Shown here: positions 30,999-39,871 of the stretch, piece by piece
How positions within the stretch are numbered: position 1 is the first letter of the stretch
Layout of the letters: each line of letters begins with the position of its first letter
DNA from: Lachnospiraceae bacterium
GTDB lineage: Bacteria; Bacillota; Clostridia; Lachnospirales; Lachnospiraceae
Length of the DNA stretch: 64,000 nucleotides
Assembly: GCA_963643225.1 (NCBI GenBank)
Contig: CAVIIX010000004.1
Coordinates: forward strand, 37,291 to 101,290
Reading direction: 5' to 3'
Program-made: the position numbers and the translations under genes
The notes under the pieces: model-generated
Databases searched by the model: none
What the model saw: only the letters and a program-made list of their open reading frames with translations
What the model was told of the DNA's origin: nothing

Positions 30999-31100
30999 AA
31001 AAGCTCAAGAGCACCCACTGCCTTTAGGAGGTGGGTGCTCTTAAACGTTGTGCTGGTGTAAAAGCCAGGCACCTAGTAAGGCACGCAGTGATGTTTTTAT
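30993..31100 (+). repeat. Family-A palindromic intergenic element, 5' two-thirds
   Basis: TTTTATAAAAGCTCAAGAGCACCCACTGCCTTTAGGAGGTGGGTGCTCTT...GGCACGCAGTG, homologous to 59811-59950. Confidence 0.9.
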
Positions 31101-31900
31101 GTAAAATTGCCGGATTTCAGTGCCAAGGGAACAATAGAAGAAAACTTTTTGTTGTTTAGTTCAAAGGAGCAAATTTTCACATTTACACCAAAATATTTAC
31201 TTAAATTTTCTTCAGTGATGACGTCGTTAGTGTTGCTGAAAATATATGGTAAATTTTTACCTATCATCAGAGAAACATCTCCAAGCCTTACTGCATGCTC
31301 AGGATAATGTGTGTTTATAATACAACTTAGGTGTTTTTCGCTGACTACTTTTTCTACTGTCTCAAGCACAAGAAGCTGATTTCTGAAATCAAGATGCGAT
31401 TCGGGCTCATCAAGAATAAGAAGCTCAGGCTCCGATACAAGAGCTCTGGCTATTGATACAAGCTGATATTCCCCGCCGCTTATTTGCGTACAGGGTCTGT
31501 TCCACTTATCAGCCATTCCCATCATATCAAGGGCTTGCATGGCGGCCTCTTTGTCCTTCTTCCCTGGTGTTGAATAAATTTTAAGATGAGAAGCACGGCC
31601 CATTAATACCATATCAAGAAGTGAATAAGCAAATTTGCTTCCGCCTGCCTGAGGCACATAACCGATACGTTTCCAAAGCTCGGTTGAAGGAATTGATTTT
31701 ATATTTTGGCCATCAATGCAGGTTGCACCTTCAGTCCAGTCTAAAAGCCCGGTTATACATTTTAGAAGAGTGGTTTTTCCGATTCCGTTTGGACCAAGAA
31801 CTGTAAGAACCTTGCCTTCTTCCAGGCAGAAATTCACATTTTCATGAACATAAACATCTTTTGTATAACCAAATTTCCCGTTTTTTACTTCTATTTTCAT
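31097..31900 (-). CDS. Iron-chelate/cobalamin-type ABC transporter ATPase (FecE/FepC-like)
   Basis: GPNGIGKTT, ISGGEYQ, LILDEPESHLD. Start at 31900 gives an ATGA overlap with the permease stop. Confidence 0.9.
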   Translation of the reverse strand: MKIEVKNGKFGYTKDVYVHENVNFCLEEGKVLTVLGPNGIGKTTLLKCITGLLDWTEGATCIDGQNIKSIPSTELWKRIGYVPQAGGSKFAYSLLDMVLMGRASHLKIYSTPGKKDKEAAMQALDMMGMADKWNRPCTQISGGEYQLVSIARALVSEPELLILDEPESHLDFRNQLLVLETVEKVVSEKHLSCIINTHYPEHAVRLGDVSLMIGKNLPYIFSNTNDVITEENLSKYFGVNVKICSFELNNKKFSSIVPLALKSGNFT

Positions 31901-32931
31901 TTCCATTCACCCCCTGAACGTCTGAGGAGATACGCAAAGAAAGGAGCGCCGATAAGAGCAGTAAGAATCGAAAGAGGTATTTCTGCACTTGTAAGACTTC
32001 TTGCCAAATCATCAATTAAAATGAGATAAGTACTTCCTATAGATATACATGCCGGAATAAGCTTTTTGTTATCCGGTCCTACAAGGCTTCTGCATATATG
32101 AGGAATCACAAGTCCAATCCATCCTATAATGCCGCATACAGAAACCGAAGCGGCAGTGATAACGGAACAACATAAAATCACAAGAATTCTTGAAAACTGA
32201 AGATTTATTCCTGTGGCTCTGGCTTCATCCTCATCTAAGGAAAGAATATTGATTCGCCATCTGCAAAAGAAAAGAATTGCAGAGCCTATAATAATTAATG
32301 GCGCGGAGGTTTTAATATCATTCATAGACGTATTGGCAAGGCTTCCCATTAACCAGTAGGTTATCTGAGGAAGCTTACTCAGGGGATCTGCAACGAACTT
32401 TATTCCGGAGATGAGAGCTTCAAAAAAAGCTGATGTTATAGTTCCTGCAAGTACGAGGGTAAAGACTGTCGGACTGTTTTTTCCAAGCTTTCCGATAAAA
32501 TACGTAATTGCAACTGCTGCAAGTCCCATGAGTACTGCTGATATCTGAGTTATAAACATGCTGTCCAATAAAAGTATTGCAAGTGCCGCACCAAAGCCTG
32601 CCCCTGAAGAAACTCCAAGGACCTGTGGGCTCACAAGAGGATTTGAAAACATTCCCTGAAGGGCAGCTCCTGATATTGAAAGCCCTGCGCCCACCAGCAT
32701 ACCAAGTAAAATTCTTGGAAGTCTCATGGAAATTACGGCGGAATATTCAAAAGAGGAATAATTGCCGGAGCCCTCGCCACCAAAAAGCGATACGATTTCA
32801 TCTTTTAAAATTAATATGACTTTGATGGGGCTTACCTCAAATCTTCCACAACAGAAGGATAAAAGAAAAGCTGTTATCGGCACTGCTATAAACAAAATTA
32901 TCTTTAAATTTATTTTTTCTTTTGCTTTCAA
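31897..32931 (-). CDS. FecCD/BtuC-family ABC permease
   Basis: RLPRILLG, GAALQGMFSNPLVSP..LGVSSGA, GIIGWIGLVIPHI, EIPLSILTALIGAPFF. Confidence 0.92.
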   Translation of the reverse strand: MKAKEKINLKIILFIAVPITAFLLSFCCGRFEVSPIKVILILKDEIVSLFGGEGSGNYSSFEYSAVISMRLPRILLGMLVGAGLSISGAALQGMFSNPLVSPQVLGVSSGAGFGAALAILLLDSMFITQISAVLMGLAAVAITYFIGKLGKNSPTVFTLVLAGTITSAFFEALISGIKFVADPLSKLPQITYWLMGSLANTSMNDIKTSAPLIIIGSAILFFCRWRINILSLDEDEARATGINLQFSRILVILCCSVITAASVSVCGIIGWIGLVIPHICRSLVGPDNKKLIPACISIGSTYLILIDDLARSLTSAEIPLSILTALIGAPFFAYLLRRSGGEWK

Positions 32932-32979
32932 GACTATATTTTTACCTCATATATCAAAACAAAAATCTTAACACGCACA

Positions 32980-34200
32980 TTATTTTCCACTGTAATATGC
33001 TGCATCGGTTGAAGGATTGAAAATCATGTCAATTTCTTCTTCTTTTAATTCATAATTGTAATAAGTTTTATAAAAGTCTTTAACAACCTCTGTTATGTCG
33101 TAATCACTGTAATATTCAGGATATATTGTCTGGGCTACCCACTGAAGCATAAGAGAAGAATCAGCGGTAGGTGTAAACCAGCGATATATTCCAAGGGGAT
33201 CCTTATATACATTGCCATCCTGAACGGCTTTTATGTTGCTCCAGTCCTGACCCTCAATTGTGTTGTTGTAAATATCCTCAGGCATACAGGAAGTAAAAGT
33301 TGTGATGAAAATATAATCCGGATTCCAGGCCATTATCTGTTCCATGCTGACTGCTGCAACATTGCTGCAGTCAGAAGCAGCATTCTTCGCACCCACTGTT
33401 GTTGCCCAATACTGACTGTAAAGATCTCCACCGCCGACAGTTAATTTATCATTATCGTTGTTATAGATGAAAATAACCTTTTTCTTTTCTTCCTCAGGGA
33501 TTGTTGAAGCTGTTTCTTTTATTTTTGCAGCAACTTCACGGCTATAATTTATAAGAGCCTCTGCACGGTTCTGCTCGCCCATTACCTGTCCTATGAGTTC
33601 TGCCCAGGAGGCGAAAAGCTCAATAGGGTCTGTTCCGTTTGTTTCAAGAGCAATAGCAGTAATTCCAACCGCTTCCAATGCAGCAATTTCATCGGTGTTT
33701 TTGTTAAGGCAGAACACAACATCGGGCTCTAATTTCATAAGCTCCTCGATATTTGTGTCATTTCCCTCTACAAAACCTGTCTCGATATCACCGATTTCAG
33801 GGCAGAGTACCGTAAACATTGATGCAAGAGCAGCAGATCTTGAGGAAGGATTCATACCAACAATGTTATCGATTGTTCCTGTCACTGCAAAATATGCAGC
33901 GGGAAGAGGTCTGACACTTGAGAATGCAACTCTTTCAAATTTCTTGGTTATCGTAACGGTGCGGCCTGCCTGGTCTACAACCGTGTAAGGGTAGGAAATT
34001 TCATTTTCTTCAATACTTTCTTCTGAAACAACAGAGGTTTCCCAAATAGGCTCAATGCTTCCTTCTGAAACCACAGAGGCTTCCTTAATGGGTTCAATTT
34101 CTTCCTTGCTTCCGCAACCCATAAGAACTGCTGCTGCGATTCCGCAGACAGTTAAAGCAGCAGTAAGCGTTAAGGTTTTTAATTTTTCACGTATTTTCAT
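32980..34200 (-). CDS. Class III (FecB/BtuF-like) ABC substrate-binding lipoprotein
   Basis: Lipobox LMGC, VVDQAGRTVTI, NIEELMKLEPDVV, VSMEQIMAWNPDYI, IKAVQDGNVY. Also a 14-aa duplication IEPIKEASVVSEGS/IEPIWETSVVSEES. Confidence 0.9.
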   Translation of the reverse strand: MKIREKLKTLTLTAALTVCGIAAAVLMGCGSKEEIEPIKEASVVSEGSIEPIWETSVVSEESIEENEISYPYTVVDQAGRTVTITKKFERVAFSSVRPLPAAYFAVTGTIDNIVGMNPSSRSAALASMFTVLCPEIGDIETGFVEGNDTNIEELMKLEPDVVFCLNKNTDEIAALEAVGITAIALETNGTDPIELFASWAELIGQVMGEQNRAEALINYSREVAAKIKETASTIPEEEKKKVIFIYNNDNDKLTVGGGDLYSQYWATTVGAKNAASDCSNVAAVSMEQIMAWNPDYIFITTFTSCMPEDIYNNTIEGQDWSNIKAVQDGNVYKDPLGIYRWFTPTADSSLMLQWVAQTIYPEYYSDYDITEVVKDFYKTYYNYELKEEEIDMIFNPSTDAAYYSGK

Positions 34201-34235
34201 GTTTTTTCTCCTTTTTATTTCACAATGTCAATGTA

Positions 34236-34307
34236 GGCTTGTAACCTGGCACCTCGTAAGGAGCACCCACTGCCTAAAGGCAGTGGGTTTTCTTGAGCTT
34301 TTATAAA
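34236..34307 (-). repeat. Family-A element, 5' half, inverted
   Basis: Contains ACCCACTGCCT-AA-AGGCAGTGGGT. 34239-34307 matches 49069-49137 at 66 of 69 positions by manual comparison. Confidence 0.92.
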
Positions 34308-34336
34308 CTTTATATTGTTTATAGGCTGGAAGCTTC

Positions 34337-34882
34337 TTAGACTAAGTTAAACAGATCTTTTGCATCTGTTTTCATAACAGCTTCCGCAAGGTCATGCCTT
34401 GCTTTTCGTAAAGCTTCTTTTTCAAAAGCACTTAATTCTTTATTTTCTGCCTTCTTTTTTGCGCAAAGCTCTGAATATTTATAAAAATCATCAGCAATAA
34501 GTCCGTCTTTTAAAGCTAAACAAATTTTCTTTTGCCCATATCCGATTTCGAAATAATACTTTCCTTTGCCTCCCGGTGTTAACGGAGCATCAACATTCTC
34601 AAGCTTTAAAGGATCAAGCATGAGTGTTCCTTTATCCCTCACCCGCAAAACCATTTCTACAGAATCGATTACTCCAAGGCCTCCGGTTCCTATTCCACTA
34701 TAGAAAGAAAAAGTTCCTCTCTTAGGGATTGGATTGTCTGGATCTGTAAGAATCGGAAATGCAAATTCCATTATTTTATAGGCTAAAGCAACTCCGCCTA
34801 TCATATTATGCCCGTGATATTTTAAAAGATCTTCATATTCAATTTCCAAAAGATCTGTCCCGTCATAAATTTTTAGCCCCAT
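34337..34882 (-). CDS. FmdE-like protein (putative metal-binding, HGH motif)
   Basis: LLKYHGHNMIGGVALAYK resembles the FmdE/FwdE N-terminal HGH motif. Likely start is ATG at 34882 after GAAAGGAG (ORF track: 34930). Confidence 0.55.
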   Translation of the reverse strand: MGLKIYDGTDLLEIEYEDLLKYHGHNMIGGVALAYKIMEFAFPILTDPDNPIPKRGTFSFYSGIGTGGLGVIDSVEMVLRVRDKGTLMLDPLKLENVDAPLTPGGKGKYYFEIGYGQKKICLALKDGLIADDFYKYSELCAKKKAENKELSAFEKEALRKARHDLAEAVMKTDAKDLFNLV

Positions 34883-34919
34883 TACGTCTCCTTTCGTCTT
34901 TGGATCATTTTTGACATTG

Positions 34920-34971
34920 GTTAGCCTCAACTAACTGCATGCATAGTAAATCTTTAGTTTTGCTTTGTCAA
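34920..34971 (-). promoter_or_regulatory. Sigma-A promoter with GTTAG-N6-CTAAC palindromic operator
   Basis: Minus strand TTGACA (34971-34966), 17 bp, TACTAT (34948-34943). Palindrome at 34920-34935. Confidence 0.75.
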
Positions 34972-34998
34972 GCATAATTTTTAGAAATGGTTCATATA

Positions 34999-35031
34999 AG
35001 CAGCGAAGCGGATTGCGAATACAATTGACAT
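34999..35031 (+). repeat. Family-A element, 3' module only
   Basis: AGCAGCGAAGCGGATTGCGAATACAATTGACAT versus AGTAGCGAAGCAGATTGCGAATATCCTTGACAT at 59918-59950 (5 mismatches in 33). Confidence 0.8.
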
Positions 35032-35098
35032 AATCAGCGAAATGGTTGCTTAAGAAAAGGATAGCGTTTTATTTATCAACATGATATATTAACTACTG

Positions 35099-36475
35099 TT
35101 GGAAAATAAATTGGTAAAAAGTAGGATGAATCTTAAAATGGAAATGACAAAAGGTAATTTGTGGAAAAATATATTGCTCTACAGCATTCCTTTAATGCTT
35201 ACAAACCTGCTTCAGGTGTTCTTTAACCTGGCGGATGTGGCGGTGGCAGGAAAATTTGCAGGCCCTGTGTCTCTTGGGGCGGTTGGCTCTACCACAATTC
35301 TTATTACACTCACCACCGGCTGGCTTATAGGAATGTCAAACGGTGTAAATTCCCTGACGGCATTTTTTATAGGTGCTAAAAATCCTGATGAGGTTAAAAA
35401 GATTACATCAACAGGCTTTATACTGTGCCTGGGAGCGGGGATTTTTGTTACCGCGGTGGGAATAGCGCTTTCTGCACCGGTTTTAAAGTTAATGGGCACA
35501 AAGCCTGAGCTTATGGAGGAAGCCCTTATTTATTTTAGAATTTACATGCTTGGATCGCCTGCCCTTGCGATTTATAACTACGGTAATGCGGTGCTTTCAG
35601 CTGCAGGAGATACAAAAAGTCCTCTTAAATTTTTGTCAATTTCAGGGCTCATAAACGTATGTCTTAATCTTTTGTTTGTTATAGCTTTCAAGATGACAAG
35701 TGACGGCGTGGCTTATGCAAGCATTATTTCCCAGTATATTTCGGCAACGCTGATTTTGCTAGAGCTTTTATCTAAAAGGGAAGGCTACGGCTTTTCTGTC
35801 AAAAGAAAAGATTTATCAATGCAGGCAGCTTTAAGGATACTTGCAATAAGTATTCCTGCGGCTATTCAGTATTCACTTTTTGCAGTGGCAAATCTTTTTG
35901 TACAGTCTGCGGTTAATACTTTTGACCATGTAACGGTTGAAGGAAATTCGGCGGCAGCCAATGCAGACTCTGTTATTTATCAGATGATGGCAGCCTTTTA
36001 TATGGCTTCCACTGCATTTATAGGTCAGAATCACGGGGCGAAAGAATATAAAAGAATTTTAAAGACGTATTTGATTACAACAGTGTTTTCTTTTGGCGTA
36101 GGAGCAATTTTAGGAGCATTTTTATACATATTCAGATATCCGTTTTTAAGGATATTTACAAATGAAGAAGCGGTTGTGGAAGCGGGGCTTGCACGAATAG
36201 CGATTATGTCATTTTCCTATGCGGTTTCTGCATTTATGGACAATGCAACTGCTGCAGCAAGAGGCATTGGCAAGACACTTTTGCCTACGGTTTATGTTAT
36301 TTTGGGAACGGTTGTGTTCAGAATTGTATGGATTTATACGATTTTTGCAAAATATCATACCATAGAATCCCTTTACCTTCTCTATATTTGTGCCTGGACC
36401 TTTACGGCCATAATGGAAAATATTTATTTCTTTAGGGAGTACAGGAAATTAAAATCCTGTAAAATGCCATATTAA
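35099..36475 (+). CDS. MATE family efflux transporter
   Basis: MTKGNLWKNILLYSIPLMLTNLLQ..N.AD, GDTKSPL, FIGQNHGAK, about 12 TM helices. Start uncertain (35099, 35126 or 35138). Confidence 0.9.
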   Translation: MENKLVKSRMNLKMEMTKGNLWKNILLYSIPLMLTNLLQVFFNLADVAVAGKFAGPVSLGAVGSTTILITLTTGWLIGMSNGVNSLTAFFIGAKNPDEVKKITSTGFILCLGAGIFVTAVGIALSAPVLKLMGTKPELMEEALIYFRIYMLGSPALAIYNYGNAVLSAAGDTKSPLKFLSISGLINVCLNLLFVIAFKMTSDGVAYASIISQYISATLILLELLSKREGYGFSVKRKDLSMQAALRILAISIPAAIQYSLFAVANLFVQSAVNTFDHVTVEGNSAAANADSVIYQMMAAFYMASTAFIGQNHGAKEYKRILKTYLITTVFSFGVGAILGAFLYIFRYPFLRIFTNEEAVVEAGLARIAIMSFSYAVSAFMDNATAAARGIGKTLLPTVYVILGTVVFRIVWIYTIFAKYHTIESLYLLYICAWTFTAIMENIYFFREYRKLKSCKMPY

Positions 36476-36502
36476 TTCGGAATCATATAATAAGAATAAA
36501 CA

Positions 36503-36538
36503 AAAGCTAGAGAGCGCCCACCGCCTAAAGGCAGTTGG
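36503..36538. repeat. Family-A hairpin remnant
   Basis: CCCACCGCCTAAAGGCAGTTGG (36517-36538) is the exact reverse complement of the hairpin core in the 59811 copy. Confidence 0.75.
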
Positions 36539-36637
36539 ACTATTTGGAAATTTTTCACTGATGTCCGTGATTTGTAAACCTGACAAAATAACAACATATG
36601 AGCAAATAATCATATGTAAAATTGTGTAAAATGTGCA

Positions 36638-36700
36638 TTGAGCATCACAAAAATATCCTTCATAATGGGTACAGTTAGCAAAGGCTAACCGTACCCATTT
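36638..36700 (+). promoter_or_regulatory. Sigma-A promoter with GTTAG-N6-CTAAC operator inside a larger inverted repeat
   Basis: TTGAGC-17 bp-CATAAT (36661-36666). GTTAGCAAAGGCTAAC at 36674-36689, flanked by AATGGGTAC/GTACCCATT. Confidence 0.7.
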
Positions 36701-36718
36701 TTGTAAAAGGAGGATTCT

Positions 36719-37420
36719 ATGGGCTTTGTAGAAGTTAAGGATTTAAAAAAACATTATGGCGAGGGAGAGAGTGAGGTCGCTGTTCTCAATGGAGTTAATT
36801 TAGAAATTGAGAAAGGAGAAATATGCGTCTTACTAGGTCCTTCAGGATCTGGAAAGTCAACTCTTTTAAATATTATTGGAGGAATTGATACTGCAGACTC
36901 AGGGTATGTCTCAATTAACGGAGAGAAGACTAAAGATATGAACGTGCGAAATCTTACAAGGTACAGAAGAAATCATTTGGGATATGTATTTCAGATGTAC
37001 AATCTGATTCCCAATCTGAATGTAAGAGAGAATATCGAAGTTGGGGCTTATCTTTCGGATAAGGCGCTTGATGTCGACGACCTTTTAAAAACACTTGGGC
37101 TCTTTGAGCACAGACATAAGCTTCCTAATCAATTATCCGGAGGACAGCAGCAAAGAACGGCAATAGGACGTGCTATCGTAAAGAATCCGGATTTGCTGCT
37201 TTGCGACGAGCCTACAGGTGCGCTTGACTATAATACCTCAAAAGAAATTTTAAAGCTCATAGAGGATATCAATCATAAGTATGGAAACACCGTTATCATA
37301 GTTACACACAATGATGCCATTAAAAACATGGCAGACAGAGTTATCAAGCTTAAAGACGGAGCAGTTCGCAAAAATTATCTTAACGAAGAAAAAATTCCTG
37401 CCTCCGAGCTTGACTGGTAA
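36719..37420 (+). CDS. ABC ATPase (LolD/SalX/MacB-type)
   Basis: GPSGSGKST, LSGGQQQR, LLCDEPTGALD, IVTH. Confidence 0.93.
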   Translation: MGFVEVKDLKKHYGEGESEVAVLNGVNLEIEKGEICVLLGPSGSGKSTLLNIIGGIDTADSGYVSINGEKTKDMNVRNLTRYRRNHLGYVFQMYNLIPNLNVRENIEVGAYLSDKALDVDDLLKTLGLFEHRHKLPNQLSGGQQQRTAIGRAIVKNPDLLLCDEPTGALDYNTSKEILKLIEDINHKYGNTVIIVTHNDAIKNMADRVIKLKDGAVRKNYLNEEKIPASELDW

Positions 37421-37429
37421 GGAGGGCCT

Positions 37430-39820
37430 ATGAAAAATCCGCTTAGAAAGAGATATCTTCGTGAAATAAGGACAGATTTTTTGAAATATCTGATTATTTT
37501 TCTTTTTATGGTTATGCTGATAAGCCTTGTTTCGGGGTTTTTAATCGCAGATAAAAACGTTCACAATGCATTCAATGAAGGCCTTGAAAAATATAACGTT
37601 GAGGACGGACATATTACCTTTAATACAGAGCCTGATAAGGAGGTTTTAAGCAAAATCGAAAAGGAAAGCGCCCTTACCTTTTATGATTTGAAATATTTTG
37701 AAGAGGATCTTGAAAATTCAGATAAAACGCTGAGAGTTTACAAGGACAGGGATGAGGTAAATAAGGAGTGTCTGATGAGCGGCAAAATGCCGGAGACTGC
37801 AGGAGAAATTGCTATAGACAGAGCCTTTGCCGTAAATAACAATATTTCTGTCGGAGACATGATTACCCTTGGAGGAAGAAGCCTTAAATGTACAGGACTC
37901 ATAGCACTGGTCGATTACTCGAGCCTTTTTGAAAATAATACGGACATGATGTATGACGTATTCAATTTTGGTGTTGCTGTTATGACGGCTGAGGGCTTTG
38001 ATGAGTTTAACAGCTCACATCTTTACTATAATTTCGCCTGGACCTACGATAAGAGACCTTCCGATGATATAGAGGAGGATGAAAAATCCAATGCGCTTAT
38101 TGATGTATTAACACAGACGATAGAAAGCTATGATGAGGAGCTTTTTAAGAATAAGCTTGAGGAAATTAAAAAGGATACTGACAAACTGCTTAAGCTTTCG
38201 ACTATGAGTGAGGAGGAGATTAAGGATTATGTAACAAATCAGTGTACCTTGCTGGACGTTGATGCTTACATACCAAGATACAATAATAACGCAATAAATT
38301 TTGCGGCCGAGGATATGGGCTCTGATGCTTCAATGATTTGTATGCTTGCTTATATCATAATTGCGGTAATTGGCTTTGCATTCGCCATAACTATTTCAAA
38401 TACCATTATGAAGGAATCCGGTACTATAGGAACACTTCTTGCATCGGGCTACACTAAGGGTGAACTTGTAAGGCATTATCTGACACTTACTGTATGGGTG
38501 ACAATTTTTGGCGCGTTAATTGGAAATATTCTTGGCTACAGCGTATTTAAGAATATGTTCATAGAGGTTTATTACAACAACTATTCGCTTGCAACGTACG
38601 AGGACTCCTGGAACAGGGAAGCCTTCGTGCTTACAACGATAATACCCATAATACTTATGTTTGTCATAAATCTTACGATACTGGTATCAAGGCTAAACAT
38701 TTCACCGTTACGTTTATTGCGTCATGATCTAGACGGAAAAGGGAAAAAGAAGGCAATTCGTTTGCCGGGGAAGCTTCCCTTTATGCACCGCTTCAGATTA
38801 AGAATTTTATTTAAAAATATTCCTTCATATATAATACTGATGCTTGGCATAATCATTGGAGGAGTAGTTATTGTATTTGGACTGATGCTTATTCCACTGA
38901 TGGATTCCTATTCCGAGCTTGTGACAAAAACAAGACTTGCAGACTACCAGTATATTCTTGCATCGGAGGAAGACACCGGTGAAAAATCTGCCGAAAAATT
39001 TGCGCTTTCAACGTTTGATTTTGAAAAGGAAGGCTTTGTTGCAGATGAGGTAAGTGTATACGGAATTGAAGAAAACAGTAAATATGTAACGGAGAAAATT
39101 AATGCCGGAAAAGCTTTAGCTTCAAATTCCTTCATGGGAAAATATGGCATTAAAATCGGAGATACGGTTACCTTAAAGAATCATTTTTCCTCAAAGGAAT
39201 ATAGCTTTACTATTGAGGGCGAGTATACCTATGATGCGGCGATGGCTGTTTTTGTAAACCTTGATGATTACAGAGAAATTTTTGAAAAAGACGATGATTA
39301 TTTTACCGGATATTTTTCAAATGTTAAAATAACCGACCTTGATGAAGAAAAAATTGTATCGGTAATTACACTTTCCGATTTGAATAAGCTTGGAGAACAG
39401 TTAAGAAAAAGCTTTGAATCCTATATGTCGATGTATGTATGGCTTGGTATCGGAATATTTGTACTGCTGATGTTCTTGCTTACCAAACAAATCATTGAAA
39501 GAGATCAGGTTTCAATATCAATGACAAAGATCTTGGGCTTTTCAGAAAGTGAGATAGCAAGACTTTATCTGCTGATGACAACAATTGTTACAGCGGCAGG
39601 TCTACTTATCAGCATTCCCTTAATCGATGTTGCATTGAGATGGTGCTTTAGGGTATATATTTACAGGATGATGGCAGGATACCTTCCCTATATGGTAGAT
39701 TCAAGCTGTTACGTTAAGCTCTTTGTATACGGAATGATTTCTTATGTGGGAGTTGCATGTGTGATGATGTTTAAGATTAATAAAATACCCATGAGCGATG
39801 CTTTAAAGAATGTTGAGTAA
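37430..39820 (+). CDS. FtsX-like ABC permease (two FtsX domains)
   Basis: 796 aa with two TM clusters (IMKESGTIGTLLASGY; IERDQVSISMTKILGF) and large extracellular loops. Directly follows the ATPase. Confidence 0.88.
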   Translation: MKNPLRKRYLREIRTDFLKYLIIFLFMVMLISLVSGFLIADKNVHNAFNEGLEKYNVEDGHITFNTEPDKEVLSKIEKESALTFYDLKYFEEDLENSDKTLRVYKDRDEVNKECLMSGKMPETAGEIAIDRAFAVNNNISVGDMITLGGRSLKCTGLIALVDYSSLFENNTDMMYDVFNFGVAVMTAEGFDEFNSSHLYYNFAWTYDKRPSDDIEEDEKSNALIDVLTQTIESYDEELFKNKLEEIKKDTDKLLKLSTMSEEEIKDYVTNQCTLLDVDAYIPRYNNNAINFAAEDMGSDASMICMLAYIIIAVIGFAFAITISNTIMKESGTIGTLLASGYTKGELVRHYLTLTVWVTIFGALIGNILGYSVFKNMFIEVYYNNYSLATYEDSWNREAFVLTTIIPIILMFVINLTILVSRLNISPLRLLRHDLDGKGKKKAIRLPGKLPFMHRFRLRILFKNIPSYIILMLGIIIGGVVIVFGLMLIPLMDSYSELVTKTRLADYQYILASEEDTGEKSAEKFALSTFDFEKEGFVADEVSVYGIEENSKYVTEKINAGKALASNSFMGKYGIKIGDTVTLKNHFSSKEYSFTIEGEYTYDAAMAVFVNLDDYREIFEKDDDYFTGYFSNVKITDLDEEKIVSVITLSDLNKLGEQLRKSFESYMSMYVWLGIGIFVLLMFLLTKQIIERDQVSISMTKILGFSESEIARLYLLMTTIVTAAGLLISIPLIDVALRWCFRVYIYRMMAGYLPYMVDSSCYVKLFVYGMISYVGVACVMMFKINKIPMSDALKNVE

Positions 39821-39827
39821 AAATGGG

Positions 39828-39866
39828 CTAAAAAGACGGACCGGTAAAAACCGATCCGTCTTTTAG
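39828..39866. terminator. Bidirectional intrinsic terminator
   Basis: AAAAGACGGA-CCGG-TAAAAA-CCGA-TCCGTCTTTT between convergent genes. Confidence 0.8.
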
Positions 39867-39871
39867 TTATG

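Noticed and set aside
34201..34336. Cobalamin or other riboswitch upstream of the BtuF/FecB-like gene
   Set aside because: No B12-box or other aptamer consensus is visible. The structure is explained by a family-A repeat.
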